A stretch of 64,000 bases of DNA, taken from Azolla caroliniana. Lineage: Eukaryota > Plantae > Polypodiophyta. Position numbers and translations under genes: made by a program. A model generated the notes under the pieces. It saw nothing but the letters and a program-made list of their open reading frames with translations. It was not told the DNA's origin and did no database searches. This document shows positions 52,701-64,000 of the stretch, in pieces. Within the stretch, counting starts at the first letter, position 1, and each line of letters opens with the position of its first letter. Where the stretch lies: the NCBI GenBank assembly GCA_043228905.1, contig JBHGNT010000008.1:1-64000 (forward strand), read 5' to 3'.

Positions 52701-55700
52701 GCCCGAGAGTAAATTAAAATGTTCATACCTGGCGCATGTGATATCGGATTTTAGTGTTCAAACATACGAATCGAAGCTAACAAGGCTAGTTATGATATGG
52801 AATTAATAAATCAAGGTTTTGAAACTCAGGTCGAGAGATATGAAGAAATTACAAAATTTGAGGAGGAAGTTGAGAAGAGCGCGTGAGTAAATTAAAATGT
52901 TCATACCTGGCCCATGTGATATGGGATTTTAGTGTTCAAACATACGAATCAAAGCTAACAAGGCGAGCTATGATATGGAATTAAAAAATGAAGGTTTTGA
53001 AACTCAGGTCGAGAGACATGAAGAAATTAAAAAATTAGAGGAGGGAGTAGGGAAGAGGCCGAGAGTAAATTAAAATGTTCATACCTGGCCCATGTGATAT
53101 CGGATTTTAGTGTTCAAATATGAGAATCAAAGCTAACAAAGCTAGCTATCATATGCAATTAAAAAATCAAGATTTTGAAAATCAGGTCGAGAGACATGAA
53201 GAAGTTACCAAATTTGAGGAGGGAGTTGAGAAGAGCGCGTGAGTAAATTAAAATGTTCATACCTGGCCCATGCGATATCCGATTTTAGTGTTCAAACATA
53301 CGAATCGAAGCTAACAAGGCTAGCTATGATATGGAATTAAAAAATCAAGATTTTGTAACTCAGGTTGAGAGACATGAAGAAATTCCCAAATTAGAGAAGG
53401 GAGTAGAGAAGAGCCCGAGAGTAAATTAAAATGTTTAGACTTGGCCAATGTGATATCGGATTTGAGTGTTTAAACATGCGAATGGAAGCTAACAAAGCTA
53501 CCTATGATATGGAATAAAAAATCAAGATTTTCAAACTCACGTCGAGAGACATGAAGAAATTACCAAATTTGAGGAGGGAGTTGAGAAGAGCGCGTGAGTA
53601 AATTAAAATGTTCATACCTGGCCCATGTGATATAAGATTTTAGTGTTCAAACATGCAAATCGAAGCTAAAAAGGCTAGCTATGATATGGAATTAAAAAAT
53701 CAAGGTTTTGAAACTCAGGTCGAGAGACATGAAGAAATTACCCAATTTGAGGAGGGAGTTGAGAAGAGCCCGATCATAAATTAAAATGTTCATAGCTGGC
53801 CCATGTGATATCCGATTTTAGTGTTCAAACATACGATTCGAAGCTAACAAGGCTAGCTATGATATGGAATTAAAAAATCAAGGTTTTGAAACTCAGGTTG
53901 AGAGACATAAAGAAATTACCAAATTAGAGGAGGGAGTAGAGAGGAGCCCGAGAGTAAATTAAAATGTTCATACCTGGCGCATGTGATATCGGATTTTAGT
54001 GTTCAAACATACGAATCGAAGCTAACAAGGCTAGTTATGATATCGAATTCATAAATCAAGGTTTTGAAACTCAGGTCGAGAGATATGAAGAAATTACAAA
54101 ATTTGAGGAGGAAGTTGAGAAGAGCGCGTGAGTAAATTAAAATGTTCATACCTGGCCCATGTGATATGGGATTTTAGTGTTCAAACATACGAATCAAAGC
54201 TAACAAGGCTAGCTATGATATGGAATTAAAAAATGAAGGTTTTGAAACTCAGGTCGAGAGACATGAAGAAATTAAAAAATTAGAGGAGGGAGTAGGGAAG
54301 AGGCCGAGAGTAAATTAAAATGTTCATACCTGGCCCATGTGATATCGGATTTTAGTGTTCAAATATGAGAATCAAAGCTAACAAAGCTAGCTATCATATG
54401 CAATTAAAAAATCAAGATTTTTAAAATCAGGTCGAGAGACATGAAGAAATTACCATATTTGAAGTGGGAGTTGAGAAGAGCCCGAGAGTAAATTAAAATG
54501 TTCATACCTGGCCCACGTGATATCGGATTTTAGTGTTCAAACATACGAATCGAAGCTAACAAGGGTAGCTATGATATGTAATTAAAAAATCAAGGTTTTG
54601 AAACTCAGGTCGAGAGACATGAAGAAATTACCAAATTAGAGGAGGGAGTAGAGAAGAGGCCGAGAGTAAATTCAAATGGTCATACCTGGCCCATGTGATA
54701 TCCGATTTTAGTGTTCAAACATTTGAATTGAATCTAACAAGGCTAGCTATGATATGGAATTAAAAAATCTAGGTTTTGAAACTCAGGTCGAGAGACATGA
54801 AGAAATTGCCAAATTAGAGGAGGGAGTAGAGAAGAGCCCGAGAGTAAATTAAAATGTTTAGACTTGGCCAATGTGATATCGGATTTGAGTGTTTAAACAT
54901 GCGAATGGAAGCTAACAAAGCTACCTATGATATGGAATAAAAAATCAAGATTTTCAAACTCACGTCGAGAGACATGAAGAAATTACCCAATTTGAGGAGG
55001 GAGTTCAGAAGAGCGCGTGAGTAAATTAAAATGTTCATACCTGGCCCATGTGATATAAGATTTTAGTGTTCAAACATGCGAATCGAAGCTAACAAGGCTA
55101 GCTATGATATCGAATTAAAAAATCAAGGTTTTGAAACTCAGGTCGAGAGACATGAAGAAATTACCCAATTTGAGGAGGAAGTTGAGAAGAGCCCGATCAT
55201 AAATTAAAATGTTCATACCTGGCCCATGTGATATCCGATTTTAGTGTTCAAACATACGATTCGAAGCTAACAAGGCTAGCTATGATATGGAATTAAAAAA
55301 TCAAGGTTTTGAAACTTTAGGTTGAGAGACATAAAGAAATTCCCAAATTAGAGGAGGGAGTAGAGAGGAGCCCGAGACTAAATTAAAATGTTCATACCTG
55401 GCGCATGTGATATCGGATTTTAGTGTTCAAACATACGAATCGAAGCTAACAAGGCTAGTTATGATATGGAATTAATAAATCAAGGTTTTGAAACTCAGGT
55501 CGAGAGATATGAAGAAATTACAAAATTTGAGGAGGAAGTTGAGAAGAGCGCGTGAGTAAATTAAAATGTTCATACCTGGCCCATGTGATATGGGATTTTA
55601 GTGTTCAAACATACGAATCGAAGCTAACAAGGCTAGCTATGATATGGAATTAAAAAATGAAGGTTTTGAAACTCAGGTCGAGAGACATGAAGAAATTAAA

Positions 55701-58700
55701 AAATTAGAGGAGGGAGTAGGGAAGAGGCCGAGAGTAAATTAAAATGTTCATACCTGGCCCATGTGATATCGGATTTTAGTGTTCAAATATGAGAATCAAA
55801 GCTAACAAAGCTAGCTATCATATGCAATTAAAAAATCAAGATTTTGAAAATCAGGTCGAGAGACATGAAGAAGTTACCAAATTTGAGGAGGGAGTTGAGA
55901 AGAGCGCGTGAGTAAATTAAAATGTTCATACCTGGCCCATGCGATATCCGATTTTAGTGTTCAAACATACGAATCGAAGCTAACAAGGCTAGCTATGATA
56001 TGGAATTAAAAAATCAAGATTTTGTAACTCAGGTTGAGAGACATGAAGAAATTCCCAAATTAGAGGAGGGAGTAGAGAAGCGCCCGAGAGTAAATTAAAA
56101 TGTTTAGACTTGGCCAATGTGATATCGGATTTGAGTGTTTAAACATGCGAATGGAAGCTAACAAAGCTACCTATGATATGGAATAAAAAATCAAGATTTT
56201 CAAACTCACGTCGAGAGACATGAAGAAATTACCAAATTTGAGGAGGGAGTTGAGAAGAGCGCGTGAGTAAATTAAAATGTTCATACCTGGCCCATGTGAT
56301 ATAAGATTTTAGTGTTCAAACATGCGAATCGAAGCTAACAAGGCTAGCTATGATATCGAATTAAAAAATCAAGGTTTTGAAACTCAGGTCGAGAGACATG
56401 AAGAAATTACCCAATTTGAGGAGGGAGTTGAGAAGAGCCCGATCATAAATTAAAATGTTCATAGCTGGCCCATGTGATATCCGATTTTAGTGTTCAAACA
56501 TACGATTCGAAGCTAACAAGGCTAGCTATGATATGGAATTAAAAAATCAAGGTTTTGAAACTCAGGTTGAGAGACATAAAGAAATTCCCAAATTAGAGGA
56601 GGGAGTAGAGAGGAGCCCGAGAGTAAATTAAAATGTTCATACCTGGCGCATGTGATATCGGATTTTAGTGTTCAAACATACGAATCGAAGCTAACAAGGC
56701 TAGTTATGATATGGAATTCATAAATCAAGGTTTTGAAACTCAGGTCGAGAGATATGAAGAAATTACAAAATTTGAGGAGGAAGTTGAGAAGAGCGCGTGA
56801 GTAAATTAAAATGTTCATACCTGGCCCATGTGATATGGGATTTTAGTGTTCAAACATACGAATCAAAGCTAACAAGGCTAGCTATGATATGGAATTAAAA
56901 AATGAAGGTTTTGAAACTCAGGTCGAGAGACATGAAGAAATTAAAAAATTAGAGGAGGGAGTAGGGAAGAGGCCGAGAGTAAATTAAAATGTTCATACCT
57001 GGCCCATGTGATATCGGATTTTAGTGTTCAAATATGAGAATCAAAGCTAACAAAGCTAGCTATCATATGCAATTAAAAAATCAAGATTTTAAAAATCAGG
57101 TCGAGAGACATGAAGAAATTACCATATTTGAGGAGGGAGTTGAGAAGAGCCCGAGAGTAAATTAAAATGTTCATACCTGGCCCACGTGATATCGGATTTT
57201 AGTGTTCAAACATACGAATCGATGCTAACAAGGCTAGCTATGATATGGAATTAAAAAATCTAGGTTTTGAAACTCAGGTCGAGAGACATGAAGAAATTGC
57301 CAAATTAGAGGAGGGAGTAGAGAAGAGCCCGAGAGTAAATTAAAATGTTTAGACTTGGCCAATGTGATATCGGATTTGAGTGTTTAAACATGCGAATGGA
57401 AGCTAACAAAGCTACCTATGATATGGAATAGAAAATCAAGATTTCAAACTCACGTCGAGAGACATGAAGAAATTACCAAATTTGAGGAGGGAGTTCAGAA
57501 GAGCGCGTGAGTAAATTAAAATGTTCATACCTGGCCCATGTGATATAAGATTTTAGTGTTCAAACATGCGAATCGAAGCTAACAAGGCTAGCTATGATAT
57601 CGAATTAAAAAATCAAGGTTTTGAAACTCAGGTCGAGAGACATGAAGAAATTACCCAATTTGAGGAGGAAGTTGAGAAGAGCCCGATCATAAATTAAAAT
57701 GTTCATACCTGGCCCATGTGATATCCGATTTTAGTGTTCAAACATACGATTCGAAGCTAACAAGGCTAGCTATGATATGGAATTAAAAAATCAAGGTTTT
57801 GAAACTCAGGTCGAGAGACATGAAGAAATTACCAAATTAGAGGAGGGAGTAGAGAAGAGGCCGAGAGTAAATTAAAATGGTCATACCTGGCCCATGTGAT
57901 ATCGGATTTTAGTGTTCAAATATGAGAATCGAAGATAACAAAGGACCCTTTGATATGGAATTAAAAAATCAAGATTTTGAAACTCAGGTCGAGAGACATC
58001 AAGAAATTACCCAATTTGAGGAGGGAGTTGAGAAGAGCCCGAGAGTAAATTAAAATGTTCATACCTGGTCCATGTGATATCGGATTTTAGTGTTCAAACA
58101 TACGAATTGAAGCTAACAAGGCTAGCTATGATATCGAATTAAAAAATCAAGGTTTTGAAACTCAGGTCGAGAGACATGAAGAAATTACCAAATTAGAGGA
58201 GGGAGTAGAGAAGAGGCCGAGAGTAAATTAAAATGGTCATACCTGGCCCATGTGATATCGGATTTTAGTGTTCAAACATTTGAATTGAAGCTAATAAAGG
58301 TACCCATGATATGGAATTAAAAAATCAGGATTTTGAATCTCAGGTCGAGAGACATGAAGAAATTACCATATTTTAGGAGGGAGTTGAGAAGAGCCCGAGA
58401 GTAAATTAAAATGTTCATACCTGGCCCACGTGATATCGGATTTTAGTGTTCAAACATACGAATCGAAGCTAACAAGGGTAGCTATGATATGTAATTAAAA
58501 AATCAAGGTTTTGAAACTCAGGTCGAGAGACATGAAGAAATTACCAAATTAGAGGAGGGAGTAGAGAAGAGGCCGAGAGTAAATTCAAATGGTCATACCT
58601 GGCCCATGTGATATCCGATTTTAGTGTTCAAACATTTGAATTGAATCTAACAAGGCTAGCTATGATATGGAATTAAAAAATCTAGGTTTTGAAACTCAGG

Positions 58701-61700
58701 TCGAGAGACATGAAGAAATTGCCAAATTAGAGGAGGGAGTAGAGAAGAGCCCGAGAGTAAATTAAAATGTTTAGACTTGGCCAATGTGATATCGGATTTG
58801 AGTGTTTAAACATGCGAATGGAAGCTAACAAAGCTACCTATGATATGGAATAAAAAATCAAGATTTTCAAACTCACGTCGAGAGACATGAAGAAATTACC
58901 AAATTTGAGGAGGGAGTTCAGAAGAGCGCGTGAGTAAATTAAAATGTTCATACCTGGCCCATGTGATATAAGATTTTAGTGTTCAAACATGCGAATCGAA
59001 GCTAACAAGGCTAGCTATGATATCGAATTAAAAAATCAAGGTTTTGAAACTCAGGTCGAGAGACATGAAGAAATTACCCAATTTGAGGAGGAAGTTGAGA
59101 AGAGCCCGATCATAAATTAAAATGTTCATACCTGGCCCATGTGATATCCGATTTTAGTGTTCAAACATACGATTCGAAGCTAACAAGGCTAGCTATGATA
59201 TGGAATTAAAAAATCAAGGTTTTAAAACTTTAGGTTGAGAGACATAAAGAAATTCCCAAATTAGAGGAGGGAGTAGAGAGGAGCCCGAGACTAAATTAAA
59301 ATGTTCATACCTGGCGCATGTGATATCGGATTTTAGTGTTCAAACATACGAATCGAAGCTAACAAGGCTAGTTATGATATGGAATTAATAAATCAAGGTT
59401 TTGAAACTCAGGTCGAGAGATATGAAGAAATTACAAAATTTGAGGAGGAAGTTGAGAAGAGCGCGTGAGTAAATTAAAATGTTCATACCTGGCCCATGTG
59501 ATATGGGATTTTAGTGTTCAAACATACGAATCGAAGCTAACAAGGCTAGCTATGATATGGAATTAAAAAATGAAGGTTTTGAAACTCAGGTCGAGAGACA
59601 TGAAGAAATTAAAAAATTAGAGGAGGGAGTAGGGAAGAGGCCGAGAGTAAATTAAAATGTTCATACCTGGCCCATGTGATATCGGATTTTAGTGTTCAAA
59701 TATGAGAATCAAAGCTAACAAAGCTAGCTATCATATGCAATTAAAAAATCAAGATTTTGAAAATCAGGTCGAGAGACATGAAGAAGTTACCAAATTTGAG
59801 GAGGGAGTTGAGAAGAGCGCGTGAGTAAATTAAAATGTTCATACCTGGCCCATGCGATATCCGATTTTAGTGTTCAAACATACGAATCGAAGCTAACAAG
59901 GCTAGCTATGATATGGAATTAAAAAATCAAGATTTTGTAACTCAGGTTGAGAGACATGAAGAAATTCCCAAATTAGAGGAGGGAGTAGAGAAGAGCCCGA
60001 GAGTAAATTAAAATGTTTAGACTTGGCCAATGTGATATCGGATTTGAGTGTTTAAACATGCGAATGGAAGCTAACAAAGCTACCTATGATATGGAATAAA
60101 AAATCAAGATTTTCAAACTCACGTCGAGAGACATGAAGAAATTACCAAATTTGAGGAGGGAGTTGAGAAGAGCGCGTGAGTAAATTAAAATGTTCATACC
60201 TGGCCCATGTGATATAAGATTTTAGTGTTCAAACATGCGAATCGAAGCTAACAAGGCTAGCTATGATATCGAATTAAAAAATCAAGGTTTTGAAACTCAG
60301 GTCGAGAGACATGAAGAAATTACCCAATTTGAGGAGGGAGTTGAGAAGAGCCCGATCATAAATTAAAATGTTCATAGCTGGCCCATGTGATATCCGATTT
60401 TAGTGTTCAAACATACGATTCGAAGCTAACAAGGCTAGCTATGATATGGAATTAAAAAATCAAGGTTTTGAAACTCAGGTTGAGAGACATAAAGAAATTC
60501 CCAAATTAGAGGAGGGAGTAGAGAGGAGCCCGAGAGTAAATTAAAATGTTCATACCTGGCGCATGTGATATCGGATTTTAGTGTTCAAACATACGAATCG
60601 AAGCTAACAAGGCTAGTTATGATATGGAATTCATAAATCAAGGTTTTGAAACTCAGGTCGAGAGATATGAAGAAATTACAAAATTTGAGGAGGAAGTTGA
60701 GAAGAGCGCGTGAGTAAATTAAAATGTTCATACCTGGCCCATGTGATATGGGATTTTAGTGTTCAAACATACGAATCAAAGCTAACAAGGCTAGCTATGA
60801 TATGGAATTAAAAAATGAAGGTTTTGAAACTCAGGTCGAGAGACATGAAGAAATTAAAAAATTAGAGGAGGGAGTAGGGAAGAGGCCGAGAGTAAATTAA
60901 AATGTTCATACCTGGCCCATGTGATATCGGATTTTAGTGTTCAAATATGAGAATCAAAGCTAACAAAGCTAGCTATCATATGCAATTAAAAAATCAAGAT
61001 TTTAAAAATCAGGTCGAGAGACATGAAGAAATTACCATATTTGAGGAGGGAGTTGAGAAGAGCCCGAGAGTAAATTAAAATGTTCATACCTGGCCCACGT
61101 GATATCGGATTTTAGTGTTCAAACATACGAATCGATGCTAACAAGGGTAGCTATGATATGTAATTAAAAAATCCAGGTTTTGAAACTCAGGTCGAGAGAC
61201 ATGAAGAAATTACCAAATTAGAGGAGGGAGTAGAGAAGAGGCCGAGAGTAAATTCAAATGGTCATACCTGGCCCATGTGATATCCGATTTTAGTGTTCAA
61301 ACATTTGAATTGAATCTAACAAGGCTAGCTATGATATGGAATTAAAAAATCTAGGTTTTGAAACTCAGGTCGAGAGACATGAAGAAATTGCCAAATTAGA
61401 GGAGGGAGTAGAGAAGAGCCCGAGAGTAAATTAAAATGTTTAGACTTGGCCAATGTGATATCGGATTTGAGTGTTTAAACATGCGAATGGAAGCTAACAA
61501 AGCTACCTATGATATGGAATAGAAAATCAAGATTTCAAACTCACGTCGAGAGACATGAAGAAATTACCAAATTTGAGGAGGGAGTTCAGAAGAGCGCGTG
61601 AGTAAATTAAAATGTTCATACCTGGCCCATGTGATATAAGATTTTAGTGTTCAAACATGCGAATCGAAGCTAACAAGGCTAGCTATGATATCGAATTAAA

Positions 61701-62600
61701 AAATCAAGGTTTTGAAACTCAGGTCGAGAGACATGAAGAAATTACCCAATTTGAGGAGGAAGTTGAGAAGAGCCCGATCATAAATTAAAATGTTCATACC
61801 TGGCCCATGTGATATCCGATTTTAGTGTTCAAACATACGATTCGAAGCTAACAAGGCTAGCTATGATATGGAATTAAAAAATCAAGGTTTTAAAACTTTA
61901 GGTTGAGAGACATAAAGAAATTCCCAAATTAGAGGATGGAGTAGAGAGGAGCCCGAGACTAAATTAAAATGTTCATACCTGGCGCATGTGATATCGGATT
62001 TTAGTGTTCAAACATACGAATCGAAGCTAACAAGGCTAGTTATGATATGGAATTAATAAATCAAGGTTTTGAAACTCAGGTCGAGAGATATGAAGAAATT
62101 ACAAAATTTGAGGAGGAAGTTGAGAAGAGCGCGTGAGTAAATTAAAATGTTCATACCTGGCCCATGTGATATGGGATTTTAGTGTTCAAACATACGAATC
62201 GAAGCTAACAAGGCTAGCTATGATATGGAATTAAAAAATGAAGGTTTTGAAACTCAGGTCGAGAGACATGAAGAAATTAAAAAATTAGAGGAGGGAGTAG
62301 GGAAGAGGCCGAGAGTAAATTAAAATGTTCATACCTGGCCCATGTGATATCGGATTTTAGTGTTCAAATATGAGAATCAAAGCTAACAAAGCTAGCTATC
62401 ATATGCAATTAAAAAATCAAGATTTTGAAAATCAGGTCGAGAGACATGAAGAAGTTACCAAATTTGAGGAGGGAGTTGAGAAGAGCGCGTGAGTAAATTA
62501 AAATGTTCATACCTGGCCCACGTGATATCCGATTTTAGTGTTCAAACATACGAATCGAAGCTAACAAGGCTAGCTATGATATGGAATTAAAAAATCAAGA
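51950..62600 (+). repeat. 15-monomer (about 2,668-bp) higher-order repeat made of alternating 7-mer and 8-mer sub-units
   Basis: CCCGATCATA recurs at spacings of about 1,245 and 1,423 bp (about 52.5, 53.8, 55.2, 56.4, 57.7, 59.1, 60.35 and 61.8 kb). TTCAAATGG at 52003/54671 and 58584/61253. Confidence 0.87.
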
Positions 62601-64000
62601 TTTTGTAACTCAGGTTGAGAGACATGAAGAAATTCCCAAATTAGAGGAGGGAGTAGAGAAGAGCCCGAGAGTAAATTAAAATGTTTAGACCTGGCCCATG
62701 TGATATCGGATTTTAGTGTTCAAATATGCGAATCGAAGCTAACAATGCGAGCTATGTAATGGAATTCGAAAATCAAGATTTTGAATTTCAGGTCGAGAGA
62801 CATGAAGAAATTCCCGAACTAGAGGAGGGAGTAGATAAGAGCCCGAGAGTAAATTAAAATGTTTAGACTTGGCCCATGTGATATCGGATTTTAGTTTTTA
62901 AACATTGGAAGCGAAAATAACAACGCAAGCTATGATATGGAATTAAAAAATCTGGATTTTGAAACTCACGTCGAGAGACATGAAGAAATTACCCAATTTG
63001 AGGAGGGAGTTGAGAAGAGCCCGATCGTAAATTAAAATGTTCATAGCTGGCCCATGTGATATCCGATTTTAGTGTTCAAACATACGATTCGAAGCTAACA
63101 AGGCTAGCTATGATATGGAATTAAAAAATCAAGGTTTTGAAACTCAGGTTGAGAGACATAAAGAAATTCCCAAATTAGAGGAGGGAGTAGAGAGGAGCCC
63201 GAGACTAAATTAAAATGTTCATACCTGGCGCATGTGATATCGGATTTTAGTGTTCAAACATACGAATCGAAGCTAACAAGGCTAGTTATGATATGGAATT
63301 AATAAATCAAGGTTTTGAAACTCAGGTCGAGAGATATGAAGAAATTACAAAATTTGAGGAGGAAGTTGAGAAGAGCGCGTGAGTAAATTAAAATGTTCAT
63401 AGCTGGCCCATGTGATATCGGATTTTAGTGTTCAAACATACGAATTGAAGCTAACAAGGCTAGCTATGATATCGAATTAAAAAATCAAGGTTTTGAAACT
63501 CAGGTCGAGAGACATGAAGAAATTACCAAATCAGAGGAGGGAGTAGAGAAGAGCCCGAGAGTAAATTAAAATGTTCATACCTGGCCCATGTGATATCGGA
63601 TTTTAGTGTTCAAATATGAGAATCGAAGCTAATAAAGGTACCCATGATATGGAATTAAAAAATCAAGATTTTGAATCTCAGGTCGAGAGACATGAAGAAA
63701 TTACCATATTTTAGGAGGGAGTTGAGAAGAGCCCGAGAGTAAATTAAAATGTTCATACCTGGCCCACGTGATATCGGATTTTAGTGTTCAAACATACGAA
63801 TCGAAGCTAACAAGGCTAGCTATGATATGTAATTAAAAAATCAAGGTTTTGAAACTCAGGTCGAGAGACATGAAGAAATTACCAAATTAGAGGAGGGAGT
63901 AGAGAAGAGGCCGAGAGTAAATTAAAATGGTCATACCTGGCCCATGTAATATCGGATTTTAGTGTTCAAATATGAGAATCGAAGCTAACAAAGGTACCTA

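Larger units (their letters stand above)
4804..64000 (+). repeat. Tandem satellite array, 178-bp monomer (177-bp variants), about 330 copies, continuing beyond the window; subtelomeric or possibly centromeric
   Basis: Approximate consensus AATTAGAGGAGGGAGTAGAGAAGAGCCCGAGAGTAAATTAAAATGTTCATACCTGGCCCATGTGATATCGGATTTTAGTGTTCAAAYATRCGAATCGAAGCTAACAA(GGCTAG/AGGTAC)CTATGATATGGAATTAAAAAATCAAGRTTTTGAAACTCAGGTCGAGAGACATGAAGAAATTACCA. Period measured at 5283 to 5461 and 5341 to 5519 = 178 bp. Strand label is arbitrary. Confidence 0.99.

Noticed and set aside
55311-55325. TTTAGG created by the variant AAACTTTAGGTT (also at about 59229 and 61897) and TTTTAGGAGGG variants, as interstitial telomere seeds
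   Set aside because: These are single partial motifs explained by 1-2 base changes, with no tandem telomeric units, and they are in the opposite orientation to this end's telomere.
4804-64000. CRISPR-like array or repeat-spacer system
   Set aside because: There are no unique spacers, the whole 178-bp unit is repeated, no cas genes are present and the context is a eukaryotic telomere.
4804-64000. Identity with Arabidopsis CEN178, Brassica CentBr, 5S rDNA or a tRNA/SINE array
   Set aside because: Only the length is similar. I recognise no sequence match to those satellites, the 5S coding region or Pol III A/B boxes. Other 178-bp plant satellites cannot be excluded without a database search.

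Overview
This window is the left end of a chromosome with an Arabidopsis-type telomere, most likely from a land plant; the species cannot be determined from the sequence. Layout: (1) bases 5-26 look like a garbled library adapter (SMART/PacBio ultra-low-input type); (2) about 3.4 kb of (CCCTAAA)n ends at 3446; (3) about 7.6 monomers of a 178-bp satellite lie in inverted orientation at 3447-4807; (4) an uninterrupted array of about 330 forward monomers (177-178 bp) runs to the window end, organised into nested higher-order repeats of 2, 3, 4, 7/8, 9, 15 and 63 monomers. I see no genes, RNA genes or transposons, and the three ORFs supplied are chance read-throughs of satellite. There is no protein-coding system here. 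The most interesting signal is structural. The outermost 241 bp next to the telomere (3447-3687) is an exact reverse complement of 5602-5842, including two variants I saw nowhere else. It is grafted onto a different satellite subfamily and capped abruptly by perfect telomere repeats. This geometry fits self-primed fold-back extension of a chromosome end followed by de novo telomere addition. The array also holds several microhomology and templated-filler repair scars that were later amplified. The possible amplification adapter means one-off junctions need confirmation in unamplified reads. All alignments and offsets were done by eye.
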